Positions 36,705 to 48,386 of a stretch of DNA of 64,000 nucleotides are shown here, one piece after another. How positions within the stretch are numbered: position 1 is the first letter of the stretch; each line of letters begins with the position of its first letter. The translations under genes and the position numbers were made by a program. Origin of the DNA: an uncultured Gammaproteobacteria bacterium (lineage in GTDB: Bacteria > Patescibacteriota > Patescibacteriia > SBBC01 > CAIJZX01); the NCBI GenBank assembly GCA_964349465.1, contig CAYGGC010000001.1, positions 124,375 to 188,374 of the forward strand. Reading direction: 5' to 3'. The notes under the pieces are model-generated. The model searched no databases, was not told the origin of the DNA, and saw only the letters and a list, made by a program, of their open reading frames with translations.

Positions 36705-38960
36705 ATGCGCGTTCCACTCGTTTGGTTACAACATTTCCTCCCATCACTGCCGCCGACTGAAAAACTTGTCGAGGTATTAATGATGCACGGGCTCGAAGTC
36801 GAGTCAGTCATTGACCAATCAAACGATTTTGCCAACGTGGTAGTGGGTGAGATTATTGGAATTCGGCCACACCCGGATGCTGATAAGTTACGGATCGCTG
36901 AGGTCATTATCGCGCCAGGTGCGAAGCCTCAGGATATTGTGTGCGGCGCGCCGAATATTGCCGTGGGCCAGAAAGCGCCAGTCGCTCTCTTAGGGGCTCA
37001 GCTCCCGAACGGTCTAACAATCGCTCGGCGGGCAATTCGGGGCGTTGAATCGAATGGCATGCTCTGCGCGGCCGATGAACTCGGTTTGGGGAATGACCAT
37101 AGTGGCATTTTGGTTCTTGATCCGGCGACGAAGCCGGGTACTCCGTTTGCCAAGGCCGTTGGGCTGGACGACGTTGTCCTTGATCTCGCGTTACCAGCGA
37201 ACCGCGCCGACCTTATGTCGATGCGTGGGTTAGCGCGCGAAATCGCCGCGATTCTCGGGATCGCTTTCAAAGAGCCAGCCATCAAACTGCAGGAAAGTGG
37301 CGGGCGAACGTCCGCATCGGTGCGCGCAAATGTCGCATCATTCAAACTAGCCTCGGTCTACGCTCTGCGGATGATTCGCGGTGTGTCGGTCCAACCATCG
37401 CCGTCGTGGTTACAAGGGTATCTGCGGCAGGCGGGCCTGCGACCAATCAACTCAATCGTCGACGTGACGAACGCGGTGATGCTGGAATATGGTCAGCCGC
37501 TCCACGCCTTCGACGCAGCGAAAGTACAAGGGAAAATCACCGTTCGAAGTGCTAAAGCCGGTGAGTCGCTCATCACCCTCGATGGTCAAACTCGCCACCT
37601 CGATCCGAGCATGACGATCATCGCTGATACGTCCGGTCCGATCGCGTTGGCGGGCGTGATGGGTGGGCAGGCGACGGAAGTAACTGCGTCCACCACCGAT
37701 GTTATTCTTGAAGCGGCAATTTTTGATCCGGTCTCGGTTCGGAAAACATCACGCACGCTTGGATTGATCTCCGAAGCTTCAAAGCGTTTTGAAAAAGGCC
37801 TGTGGTTATCCTTGCCGGTTGAAGCGATCATGGCCGCTGCCGCGTTGATGCAGAGTTTGAGCGGCGGGAAGGTTGAACATGGCGCGGTGGTGATCGGGAG
37901 TTCAAAAATGAAGCCGACCGTTATTGCGTTCAAGCCCGAGGACGCGTCTGAACGCTTAGGTCTACCCGTCTCGGTAAAAAAAATCAAGAGCATTCTGACG
38001 CACCTTGGGTTCGAGGTGACCGGAGCGAAAGTGTGGCATGTCACAGTCCCGGACTGGCGCCTCGATGTTCGACAGCCAGAAGACCTCGTGGACGAGATCG
38101 GACGGATTGTTGGGTACAGTGATCTGCCGAAATTTTTCCCCCAAGTCAACGCGATTCCACAAGCCCTTCCGCGCTTGGTGGCCTTCAAGGAACGTGTTCG
38201 CGATCTTCTCGTTGATCTCGGGTTAACCGAAGTGATGACCCATTCGTATTATGGTCAGGCTGAACAGCAAGTCGTTGGTGGGGAACATATTGCAATCGCG
38301 AACCCACTCGATACGTCTCAGGCCTACTTACGCCGCAGTCTCACCCCAGCCATAAAAAAAATCTTAGAGCAAGCTGTCGATGCTGGACACGCTCTCCGGG
38401 TGTTTGAAATGAGTCGAGTGTTCGCCTCAGTGGAAAATATTGAACGTGGACAGGATTGGAAGCTAGCTATTGGCGTCGCCCAAAAGGTTCAGCCCGGGAC
38501 ACCGCCCGCGTGGAAAACGTTAGGGATTCTGCGCCAGCTCAGCGATGGTCTGCCGATTGATCAACCTGTTCTGGAGACAGCCGAAAGTGAGATTCGGAAG
38601 GGGTATGTCATGTCCTGGATTCAGATCGATATTCAGTCGATGGCCCAAAAGCAACAACCGAAAAAATATATTGAACATTCAAAATTTCCAACAGTTGATC
38701 GAGATATTTCAATGTTTGTTCCGGCCGGTTTTGGCTTTGAACGTGTCCAGCAGGCGATGGCCGAGCTCCCCGCCGGGGATCGCGAGTTACTGCGCAGGGA
38801 CTTGTTGAGCGGTGAGTGGTTTGCTAAGGACGAGCACACCTCTTTAAAAGTTCACATCGTGTTTCAGGCGATGGATCGGACGCTGACCAAGCCGGAAATC
38901 GATGCCGTCATGAGCCGTTTGACTTCGGCCCTGACCAGTTTTGGAGCGACTATCCGTTAG
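36705..38960 (+). CDS. pheT: Phenylalanine--tRNA ligase beta subunit (compact, 751 aa).
   Basis: MRVPLVWLQHFLPSL N-terminus and the B3/B4, B5 and C-terminal anticodon-binding arrangement. Confidence 0.9.
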   Translation: MRVPLVWLQHFLPSLPPTEKLVEVLMMHGLEVESVIDQSNDFANVVVGEIIGIRPHPDADKLRIAEVIIAPGAKPQDIVCGAPNIAVGQKAPVALLGAQLPNGLTIARRAIRGVESNGMLCAADELGLGNDHSGILVLDPATKPGTPFAKAVGLDDVVLDLALPANRADLMSMRGLAREIAAILGIAFKEPAIKLQESGGRTSASVRANVASFKLASVYALRMIRGVSVQPSPSWLQGYLRQAGLRPINSIVDVTNAVMLEYGQPLHAFDAAKVQGKITVRSAKAGESLITLDGQTRHLDPSMTIIADTSGPIALAGVMGGQATEVTASTTDVILEAAIFDPVSVRKTSRTLGLISEASKRFEKGLWLSLPVEAIMAAAALMQSLSGGKVEHGAVVIGSSKMKPTVIAFKPEDASERLGLPVSVKKIKSILTHLGFEVTGAKVWHVTVPDWRLDVRQPEDLVDEIGRIVGYSDLPKFFPQVNAIPQALPRLVAFKERVRDLLVDLGLTEVMTHSYYGQAEQQVVGGEHIAIANPLDTSQAYLRRSLTPAIKKILEQAVDAGHALRVFEMSRVFASVENIERGQDWKLAIGVAQKVQPGTPPAWKTLGILRQLSDGLPIDQPVLETAESEIRKGYVMSWIQIDIQSMAQKQQPKKYIEHSKFPTVDRDISMFVPAGFGFERVQQAMAELPAGDRELLRRDLLSGEWFAKDEHTSLKVHIVFQAMDRTLTKPEIDAVMSRLTSALTSFGATIR

Positions 38961-38969
38961 CCGATTGTC

Positions 38970-40235
38970 ATGAACCCAGAAGCCGGATTTGCGCCAGCCG
39001 AAGGGATGACCGAAACTCCACCGCGGGAGGTAGCGGAATTGTTATTGATCACGAATCAAGACATTCGTGACCTCGTGTCGGAAGACTTGCAACGTCTTCA
39101 TGATGAACTTGTTCCACAGCTCGGCAAACCAGAGAAACCTTCGACCGGTTTTGCGGGCTATGTTGAACATCTTCCGCCGCCGTTGCAGCAGCGCGTTCGG
39201 AAGAATCCGGCGGTCGCGACGGAGCATTTACGAACATATCTTGAAACTGGTCTCCAGACACTTCGGACCCGCGAAAAACATAAGGCCGAGCAGGCGGTTG
39301 TGGGCGAGGTTCGGCGTGAAATGACGGGCGCGGAAAAACGGTTTGCGCAGCAGGCGGAACTGGTGGTGGAGCGGAACTTTTCGGCGTGGAACGCGAGTCG
39401 TCTCGTCGTTGATCGTGAAGGACGGCCGGGGCACTTGTACCCTGAAGATCAAGCCCATGTTGATATGATTGATGCGAAGCGAGATATCGCGCGGGCGAAA
39501 GGGGAAGAGTTTTTTGAATTAACGGATCGGTTTGAAGTAGGCTTTGCCCAGGGCCTCAACCACTTTGAGGTTTTTGGCGATCAGGTTGAAGTGGTGGTCC
39601 ACCCATCATCGAAATATGATGATTATGCTCGCGGGGTCGATATGATCGCCCAGATTCAACTGTCTGATGAAGCAAAAACAGAAATCATCCTTGGGATTGA
39701 TTTTACGATTAGTTCGACGAAGGAACAGTTAGCCGAAAAATTACTCCGAAACAAATCCCAGCCGCTCCGACGGACAAAATACGCGACCGCGGCTGTACCG
39801 AATAACCTTAAGTATCTTCCGGTAGTATTAGCGGTCGATCGACGTCGAGCTGAGCGAATTTCGAAACACGAGGCGATGGTCCAAGTTACCGCCGAGGTTC
39901 GTGGTGGTGAAGCTATGATGGCAGAATCGACGGCCGACCTCGAGCGGTACCATGACGAAGCGGTGTTCAAATACGCGGTTCTAGAAGAAGTTATAGCACA
40001 GCTCCATGTTCAGCGCGAAGTTTTAGAAGATCGTGGCGTAAATGATTCCTCAGTAATGGACTATCAAACAGCGATCGATTATTTCGAAGGAGTATTAGCA
40101 GACAGAAAAAATCTCCAGTCCATGGCTGGAGTGGAGAAGAAGCGTGATGAAGGGGTGTTTCTGGTGGCCGATGAAGCCTTTATTCGGTCCGCTTCGGCCC
40201 GACGGGTCGGCGGCGCGGCGTCACCTGCTCTCTGA
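38970..40235 (+). CDS. Hypothetical 421-aa soluble protein, co-transcribed after pheT.
   Basis: Long ORF with normal codon composition. No family recognised. Confidence 0.55.
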   Translation: MNPEAGFAPAEGMTETPPREVAELLLITNQDIRDLVSEDLQRLHDELVPQLGKPEKPSTGFAGYVEHLPPPLQQRVRKNPAVATEHLRTYLETGLQTLRTREKHKAEQAVVGEVRREMTGAEKRFAQQAELVVERNFSAWNASRLVVDREGRPGHLYPEDQAHVDMIDAKRDIARAKGEEFFELTDRFEVGFAQGLNHFEVFGDQVEVVVHPSSKYDDYARGVDMIAQIQLSDEAKTEIILGIDFTISSTKEQLAEKLLRNKSQPLRRTKYATAAVPNNLKYLPVVLAVDRRRAERISKHEAMVQVTAEVRGGEAMMAESTADLERYHDEAVFKYAVLEEVIAQLHVQREVLEDRGVNDSSVMDYQTAIDYFEGVLADRKNLQSMAGVEKKRDEGVFLVADEAFIRSASARRVGGAASPAL

Positions 40236-40505
40236 CGGCTGAAACTCGGGCCAGTTCCTGATCGGGTACTTGATCAGCGACCGGCTCCTCGTTGGCAGTC
40301 CTTGGCGGAGTAGTCCCATCCGTGGGAGCGTGCTGCTGCTGCGGTCGTTTGTTGGGCACGACGCTCCCTCCTTGTATCTGAAAGTACGAAACGGCTCGGA
40401 AATGAGCTGCCGAAACCTAGCAAAAATACAGGTTTTTGTCAAGATTCCGATGCTTGTCGATACTCGGCCTTTTATGCTATCCTTAGCGTATTCTTGATGA
40501 TTTGA

Positions 40506-42596
<2,091 letters not shown>

Positions 42597-42597
42597 G

Positions 42598-42801
42598 GTG
42601 GACCAAGACCTCTCACAACGCCTCGCGACTCTCGAAGCCAAAGTCGATAAAGTTTGGCATTCGGTTGAGCAAACCCGGAAAATGTATTTGTGGTCGCTGA
42701 TCATCGGTGCGGCGCTTTTTATTCTGCCGTTGATTGGGATTGGGTTAGTCATTCCGCAGTACCTCCAATCGCTTAACCTTGATGCGTTCCTCGGCTCATA
42801 A
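42598..42801 (+). CDS. Small one-TM protein of 67 aa. GTG start abutting the gyrB stop.
   Basis: N-terminal coiled-coil plus a C-terminal TM segment. Low certainty. Confidence 0.35.
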   Translation: MDQDLSQRLATLEAKVDKVWHSVEQTRKMYLWSLIIGAALFILPLIGIGLVIPQYLQSLNLDAFLGS

Positions 42802-42841
42802 CAGAGCCTCCAGCGTCTTTTGATATCGGAGTATATAGGTC

Positions 42842-43198
42842 ATGAACTCCCGCAACATCCTTGGTCACGTCATTATTGCGCTCTTCAGCTTCCTAGCCGC
42901 GTTTTTTGGCGTCTTTAATGTGCTGTTCTCCGATATCTTTGGCTTAGGTCAGCAGTACATCGCGATTTTCATGGTTTTAGTGATGTACGGTGTGCTGTCA
43001 GGCTTAGCACATCTCGTTTGGCCAGTGCACGGATGGGTGTGGGTTCGCTGGTTGGTGATTCCCGCGCTGCTGCTTGGTGGGTTCTATCTCTTTCAGGAAT
43101 TCAGCTCGTTGAGCTGGTATGGCGTCGCGGTGCTTATTGCCGTGGTCATTGGCGCAACGCTCGGGCGAGAAATCATCAGTCGAAAACGCGGTGCCTAA
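42842..43198 (+). CDS. Hypothetical four-TM membrane protein.
   Basis: Hydrophobicity profile. Confidence 0.5.
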   Translation: MNSRNILGHVIIALFSFLAAFFGVFNVLFSDIFGLGQQYIAIFMVLVMYGVLSGLAHLVWPVHGWVWVRWLVIPALLLGGFYLFQEFSSLSWYGVAVLIAVVIGATLGREIISRKRGA

Positions 43199-43535
43199 GA
43201 GGAGCGCGTTCGGCGCCTCTCACCTGCGCGCCTATTGTCTCGACCGTCTTGGCGCTTCAGAAGATTATCCGTTTGGTCCTGACGTCGCGGTCTATCGGGT
43301 GAAGAAAAAAATATTTGCCCTCGCGTCACTCGACGAGGAGCCGTTTCAGTTTAACTTGAAATGTGATCCAGAGTATGCGCAAGCTCTCCGAAAAAACTAT
43401 CCACAAATTACGCCGGGGTATCATATGAACAAGCGGCACTGGAATACCATTATTCCTGATTCTGATATGCCGCTTGACCTGATTCACGAAATGATTGATC
43501 ATTCATACCAGCTCGTTGCCCCGCGGTCCCGCTGA
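43191..43535 (+). CDS. MmcQ/YjbR family protein.
   Basis: EDYPFGPDVAVYRVKKKIFALASLDEEPFQFNLKCDPE. Probable GTG start overlapping the upstream stop; the track's longer frame from 43119 overlaps the previous gene. Confidence 0.6.
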   Translation: MPKRSAFGASHLRAYCLDRLGASEDYPFGPDVAVYRVKKKIFALASLDEEPFQFNLKCDPEYAQALRKNYPQITPGYHMNKRHWNTIIPDSDMPLDLIHEMIDHSYQLVAPRSR

Positions 43536-43564
43536 AGGCCAGGTCTGACCCCACGGAGGAAGTC

Positions 43565-43714
43565 ATGGAATGGTGGCAGATGCCGTTCGCGTGTCTCATT
43601 GTCATTCTGGCCTGGTTGCCCGCCGCAATCATCTTGTGGACCTGGCCGGTCGAAGTCGATCCGCCGCCGGGTGGTCGTGAATACAAACCAGTACCCTTGC
43701 CTCTGGCCGCATAG
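43565..43714 (+). CDS. Unannotated small membrane peptide of 49 aa.
   Basis: ATG with a GGAGGA RBS 6 nt upstream. MEWWQMPFACLIVILAWLPAAIILWTW TM segment, then a Pro-rich tail. Below the ORF-track size cut-off. Confidence 0.35.
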   Translation: MEWWQMPFACLIVILAWLPAAIILWTWPVEVDPPPGGREYKPVPLPLAA

Positions 43715-43747
43715 TGCCTGGGCTTTTTTTGCCCGAAAATAACGATC

Positions 43748-43776
43748 TTGACGGTTGAGCGTAACTGTTGTAGAGT
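43748..43776 (+). promoter_or_regulatory. Promoter TTGACG-17-TAGAGT of the secE-nusG-rplK-rplA cluster.
   Basis: Spacing and hexamers match. Followed by a GGCCTCGCAAGGCC hairpin in the leader. Confidence 0.5.
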
Positions 43777-43821
43777 GTATCCATCGGGCCTCGCAAGGCC
43801 TGTTTAGAGTCGACAATCATC

Positions 43822-44010
43822 ATGGCAATCCGCATTTTCAGCTATTTCCGCGAATCTCGCGAAGAACTTAAGAAAGTTGTTTGGCCGACCCGTAAGGAGA
43901 CGCAGAACAACACGATGCTGGTTATCGGGATCAGCTTGTTTGTGGCAGTTTTTCTGGGCCTTCTCGACCTCGGACTCAATTATCTCTTGAATACATTTAT
44001 CATCCGCTAA
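43822..44010 (+). CDS. secE: Preprotein translocase subunit SecE.
   Basis: 62-aa single-TM protein in the conserved position upstream of nusG. Confidence 0.85.
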   Translation: MAIRIFSYFRESREELKKVVWPTRKETQNNTMLVIGISLFVAVFLGLLDLGLNYLLNTFIIR

Positions 44011-44014
44011 CGGT

Positions 44015-44560
44015 ATGGCGAAGCAAACATTACAACAAGGCCGACGCTGGTACGTGCTCCACACCTATTCTGGGTACGAAGAAAACGTGTCGCGCAACTT
44101 AAAACAGCGTATCGAGTCGATGGACATGGAAGACAAGATCTACAATGTCCTGATTCCAACCGAAAATCGCATTAAGATTAAGAACGGGAAGCGTAAAATC
44201 GTCACCGAAAAGATTTTTCCTGGCTATGTCTTGGTGGAAATGGTCGTGACGGATGACTCCTGGTACGTTGTACGAAATACGCCGAACGTGACCGGATTCG
44301 TTGGGTCCGGCACAACCCCGACACCAATCTCTGAAACGGAAGTCAAAGAACTCCTGCAACGCATGGGCGTCGCCGAACCGAAGTACAAGATCGACGTCGA
44401 AACTGGATCGGCTGTGCGGATTACCGACGGTCCATTCAAAGAGTTTGAAGGGAAAGTTTCCGAAGTTGACGAAGGCCGTGGCAAGGTCAAAGTCTTGGTC
44501 TCGATGTTCGGACGCGAAACCCCGGTCGAACTCGATTTCCTTCAAATCAAGAAAGTCTAA
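44015..44560 (+). CDS. nusG: Transcription termination/antitermination factor NusG.
   Basis: NGN plus KOW domains (RWYVLHTYSGYE...). Confidence 0.9.
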   Translation: MAKQTLQQGRRWYVLHTYSGYEENVSRNLKQRIESMDMEDKIYNVLIPTENRIKIKNGKRKIVTEKIFPGYVLVEMVVTDDSWYVVRNTPNVTGFVGSGTTPTPISETEVKELLQRMGVAEPKYKIDVETGSAVRITDGPFKEFEGKVSEVDEGRGKVKVLVSMFGRETPVELDFLQIKKV

Positions 44561-44623
44561 CGTTTTCGTTCAGCCGGGCGCGCTTCTCGCTCGATCGAAC
44601 ACCCACTCATCTCTCACATCTCT

Positions 44624-45049
44624 ATGGCTAAGAAAGTTAAGGTTCTCCTCAAACTCCAACTACCGGGCGGTAAAGCGACGCCAGGTCAGCAAATTGGTAC
44701 GGCCCTTGGGCCCCACGGCGTCAACATGGCCGAATTCGTTAAAAAGTTTAACGACGCGTCGGCTGATCGCAACGGCGAATTGACCCCGGTGGAAATTACG
44801 ATCTTCGAAGATCGGACCTATACCTTTATTCTCAAAACCGCTCCGGCAGCGACGCTCTTAATGAAGGCGGCGAATATCGAAAAAGGTAGTGGCGACCCGC
44901 TCCGCAATAAAGTCGGTAAGGTCACGAAGGCCCAGATTAAAGAAATTGCCGAAAAGAAAATGCCCGACCTGAACGCAAAAGACGTTGAGGGCGCGATGCG
45001 GATCATTGAAGGGACCGCTCGCAATATGGGGATTGTCGTCGAAGGTTAA
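44624..45049 (+). CDS. rplK: 50S ribosomal protein L11.
   Basis: Conserved L11 sequence ([25 protein letters not shown]). Confidence 0.95.
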   Translation: MAKKVKVLLKLQLPGGKATPGQQIGTALGPHGVNMAEFVKKFNDASADRNGELTPVEITIFEDRTYTFILKTAPAATLLMKAANIEKGSGDPLRNKVGKVTKAQIKEIAEKKMPDLNAKDVEGAMRIIEGTARNMGIVVEG

Positions 45050-45067
45050 TTCTCTAAGACCACGCGT

Positions 45068-46033
45068 ATGGAAAGTTTAGCCTGGCTCGCGGTGCTTGTA
45101 CCGCTCCTCGGTGTGGCGATGGTGGTGGTGTTTATCGTGGCGATTGTCCAAGAGGGAAAGGCGGAACGGCGCGGTGGCTTTAAGCAAGCCTTCTTTACGA
45201 TGGTGACACTGGTCATGCTCGGAATTTCAGTCGGTGCGACGATTGGATTGCTCAATACTACCATGCGGAATGTGATTTTCCGTGGTGAAGGGAATACAAA
45301 TCGTTTCAACGCTCCGCCGTATTTATACTTACCGAGCGCCCCAAGCGTTGCGACTCCTGAGGGGGTCAAGTCCTCCGTGGCTCCAACGATTGCTCCGTAT
45401 ACATGTGCTTCTGAGTGCCAATTTTCTGCAGATGATAAAGCCGCGGTGAAAAGCTGGAAAGCCGAATATAAGCGGTGGCAAACAAATAGCACTGTAAGCT
45501 ATGCATATCGTCGCGATTTAGCGGTTATCTTGCCGTTCTTGATCGTCGCACTGCCGCTGTTCTTCGTTTTTTTCCGATTGATGCAAAAAGGCGCGGTTAT
45601 CGAATTGACAGAAACGAAAAAACTCAGCCCGATCCGATCACTGTATTTCTACTTTATTGCCTTCTCTGGATTATTGGTCGCGGTGATTGGCGCCGGCGGT
45701 CTCGTCAATCTTGGACTGAATCAAGCCTTACGAGTCAATGAAGCAGATATTCAAACAGTCCCTGCATTATCGCTTGACACCGTAACGGTAAAAAATATTA
45801 TTACCTGCGCGACAGCCTGTGACTTCACGACTGATGACGTAGCGATGGCTGAACGATGGGTGACGGACGCTGAAAAGTTCTCAACCGAGCAAACACTTTC
45901 AAAGGGAAAAATTGGTAGCGACCTATCAAATTTCTTGCCCTTACTCTTAATCGGTTTCCCATTATTCTGGTTCCACTTCAACCGTATTCGCAAAGAAACT
46001 CAAGACCATCAATCAACACCGGCCACTTCATAA
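45068..46033 (+). CDS. Hypothetical membrane protein with an internal tandem duplication, inserted between rplK and rplA.
   Basis: Two repeats, each TM...C-x-x/A-C-x-F-[ST]-x-DD-x-A...W...KF...TM (YTCASECQFSADDKAAV versus ITCATACDFTTDDVAMA). Confidence 0.55.
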   Translation: MESLAWLAVLVPLLGVAMVVVFIVAIVQEGKAERRGGFKQAFFTMVTLVMLGISVGATIGLLNTTMRNVIFRGEGNTNRFNAPPYLYLPSAPSVATPEGVKSSVAPTIAPYTCASECQFSADDKAAVKSWKAEYKRWQTNSTVSYAYRRDLAVILPFLIVALPLFFVFFRLMQKGAVIELTETKKLSPIRSLYFYFIAFSGLLVAVIGAGGLVNLGLNQALRVNEADIQTVPALSLDTVTVKNIITCATACDFTTDDVAMAERWVTDAEKFSTEQTLSKGKIGSDLSNFLPLLLIGFPLFWFHFNRIRKETQDHQSTPATS

Positions 46034-46091
46034 TTTCATTTGTGGGACCTCGTCGGCCGGACGGGGATTTGAACCACGAAAGGACAGTTGT

Positions 46092-46769
46092 ATGCACAGT
46101 AAACGATACCAGGCAGCGAAAACCTTAGTCGAAGTCGGGAAGACCTACACGTTGACCGAGGCCGTTGCCTTGGCGAAACAAACTGCCTCGACGAAGTTTG
46201 ATGGCAGTATTGAAATCCATCTTCGTCTCGGGATTGACCCGACGAAGGGTGATCAAGCCGTCCGCGGCACGGTTGAACTTCCGCACGGGTCCGGGAAGAA
46301 GGTTCGTGTGGCCGTGATTGCGAAAGGTCCGGCGGCAAAAGCCGCAAAGGATGCGGGCGCTGATATCGTGGGTGACGATGATTTGATTGCTGAGATTAAG
46401 AAGAACGAAAGCATTGCGGCTGATGTCGTGATTGCTACGCCAGATATGATGAAACTGCTCGCGCCGGTGGCCAAAATCCTAGGGACCAAAGGCCTGATGC
46501 CGAACCCGAAGAACGAGACGGTGACCGCCGACCCAGGCAAAGCCGTGGCGGCCTGGCAGAAAGGGAAAGTCCCGTTCCGCTCGGATAACACGGCCAACGT
46601 TCACGCGATTATCGGCAAGCCAAGTTTTTCACCAGAGCAACTTGAGGCTAATATTACCGCTTTCATGGAGGCGGTAAAAAAAGTGAAGCCAACAACCATG
46701 AAAGGTACCTATATAAAGTCGATCACCATGGCCGCCTCGATGGGGCCAGGAATCAAAGTCACGGTCTAA
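46092..46769 (+). CDS. rplA: 50S ribosomal protein L1.
   Basis: Conserved L1 sequence. Confidence 0.95.
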   Translation: MHSKRYQAAKTLVEVGKTYTLTEAVALAKQTASTKFDGSIEIHLRLGIDPTKGDQAVRGTVELPHGSGKKVRVAVIAKGPAAKAAKDAGADIVGDDDLIAEIKKNESIAADVVIATPDMMKLLAPVAKILGTKGLMPNPKNETVTADPGKAVAAWQKGKVPFRSDNTANVHAIIGKPSFSPEQLEANITAFMEAVKKVKPTTMKGTYIKSITMAASMGPGIKVTV

Positions 46770-46791
46770 CCTGCTGACATCTGATGATACA

Positions 46792-46821
46792 ACGCCCCGC
46801 CTTTGGCGGGGCGTTGTTGTT
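46792..46821 (+). terminator. Rho-independent terminator after rplA.
   Basis: ACGCCCCGCCtttgGCGGGGCGT followed by TGTTGTT. Confidence 0.65.
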
Positions 46822-46890
46822 AGTGTTGACGAACTAGGATTGAAAGCGTAAGATCAGCCCGATTTGCCCTTTCCTAAAGGAGGTACCCAG

Positions 46891-47574
46891 GTGCAGAACC
46901 ACCATCGTCGACGCGGTAAGATCCGCGGTTTTGCCGGCAATATGGGCTCTGGCAAGACCAGCCGGTTGATCGGCGTGGCCTACGAGCCGAGCAAGCAGGC
47001 GAGCGGAGTCATCTTTCTTCAGCCGCCCGAAGCGAATCGAGCGGACACCAAGACCCGAGTCGAGTCACGCATCCACGCCCGGTACGAAGGAGCGATTCCG
47101 GTCACGACGCCGGCCGACATTGCTCGGGAAGTGCGGGCCACGCGGGCGCGCAACATCTTCCTCGAAGAGATTCAGTTCTTCGGGAAGGATGAAGCGATGA
47201 TCAACGAGTTTCAGAAGCTGATGCTCGAGTTGCGTGACGAGGGCTACAACATCTACTGGTCGGGTTTGCCGCTCGATTTCCGCGGCGACCCGTTCGAGGT
47301 GGTCGCCTTCATGATGGCCTTGTCGGGGGTCCTCGAGATGCTCCAGGTCGAGTGCGCGCATTGCCAAGCGGTACCGGCGCCCTTGCCCCAGCGGCTCGAG
47401 TTCAACCAGCCGGTGCCGCACGGTCACCCGCGGTTTCTGGCTGACACCTCTGAACACAACAACGCCGGGATCACCTACGAACCGCGCTGCGAAGGCTGCC
47501 ACATCGTTCTCGATGACTGGAACACTCATTCACGAGCGATTCACGACGCCCTCCAGGCGCAGAAGCCGGCCTAA
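46891..47574 (+). CDS. tdk: Thymidine kinase.
   Basis: GNMGSGKTS P-loop and C-terminal Zn ribbon CAHC...CEGC. GTG start with AAAGGAGG 7 nt upstream (the track's TTG at 46864 is unlikely). Promoter TTGACG-17-TAAGAT. Confidence 0.8.
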   Translation: MQNHHRRRGKIRGFAGNMGSGKTSRLIGVAYEPSKQASGVIFLQPPEANRADTKTRVESRIHARYEGAIPVTTPADIAREVRATRARNIFLEEIQFFGKDEAMINEFQKLMLELRDEGYNIYWSGLPLDFRGDPFEVVAFMMALSGVLEMLQVECAHCQAVPAPLPQRLEFNQPVPHGHPRFLADTSEHNNAGITYEPRCEGCHIVLDDWNTHSRAIHDALQAQKPA

Positions 47575-47610
47575 CAACTCTCATAGCAATGGGAGTTTTT
47601 TCTTGCCTTG

Positions 47611-47651
47611 CCCAGCCCCACTTTTTTGTTAAGGAAAAAAGTGGGGCTGGG
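47611..47651. terminator. 17-bp perfect hairpin with an A/T loop (bidirectional terminator or attenuator) between tdk and tmk.
   Basis: CCCAGCCCCACTTTTTTgttaaggAAAAAAGTGGGGCTGGG. Confidence 0.5.
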
Positions 47652-47751
47652 CTTGCCGATGGTTTTGGGGTGTGATAGAGTCATCCGGCCAAGAAACTGG
47701 AGGGCTTGGTGACAAGCCCTTTGACAATCACGTCAAACCCACGGAGGAACT

Positions 47752-48378
47752 ATGCCCGAAGGGAATTTCATCGTCTTTTCCGGCGGCGAGGGGAGCGGAA
47801 AAACAACCGCGCTCGATCGACTGAAGGAAGAGTATCCACATCTCATTACGACTCGCGAACCTGGAGGGACAGAGTTCGGGCAGCGCCTGCGCCACATGCT
47901 CGTCAATGAGCCGGAGCGCGATGCGGCCACTGAGCTACTTCTCTTCTTCACCGATCGGGCTCATCACGTCCAGACGGTCATCCGACCGGCGCTGGCGGCT
48001 CATGAGACGATCATCTCCGACCGCTACTGGATGGACTCGTTTGCCTACCAGTGGTGGGGGCGGATGGGTATTCGCGACCAGAATACCTACCCGAATTTCG
48101 GCAACCTGTTCTGGCCGTTCCATTTCCCGACGCCACGGGCCTGGCTCTGGTTCGATGTCCAGCCGGAAATCGGGCTGGCGCGGAAGGCGGTGGCCACGGA
48201 TCGTAATCGCCTTGATGATTTGCCGGTGGATTTTCACCAGCAGGTCAGGGCGGGATTCGAGTATCTGTTCGAACACTGTCTGAATGAAGAAACCAGTCAC
48301 CGGATCGACGCCAACCAGTCTCCGGATAACGTCTACGCGAGCGTCAAAGCGGCGCTCAAACCGTACCTGCGTGCCTAG
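47752..48378 (+). CDS. tmk: Thymidylate (dTMP) kinase.
   Basis: FSGGEGSGKTT P-loop and REPGGT. Own promoter TTGCCG-17-TAGAGT. The 5'-UTR carries TTTGACaatcacGTCAAA. Confidence 0.85.
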   Translation: MPEGNFIVFSGGEGSGKTTALDRLKEEYPHLITTREPGGTEFGQRLRHMLVNEPERDAATELLLFFTDRAHHVQTVIRPALAAHETIISDRYWMDSFAYQWWGRMGIRDQNTYPNFGNLFWPFHFPTPRAWLWFDVQPEIGLARKAVATDRNRLDDLPVDFHQQVRAGFEYLFEHCLNEETSHRIDANQSPDNVYASVKAALKPYLRA

Positions 48379-48386
48379 GAGGGAAG

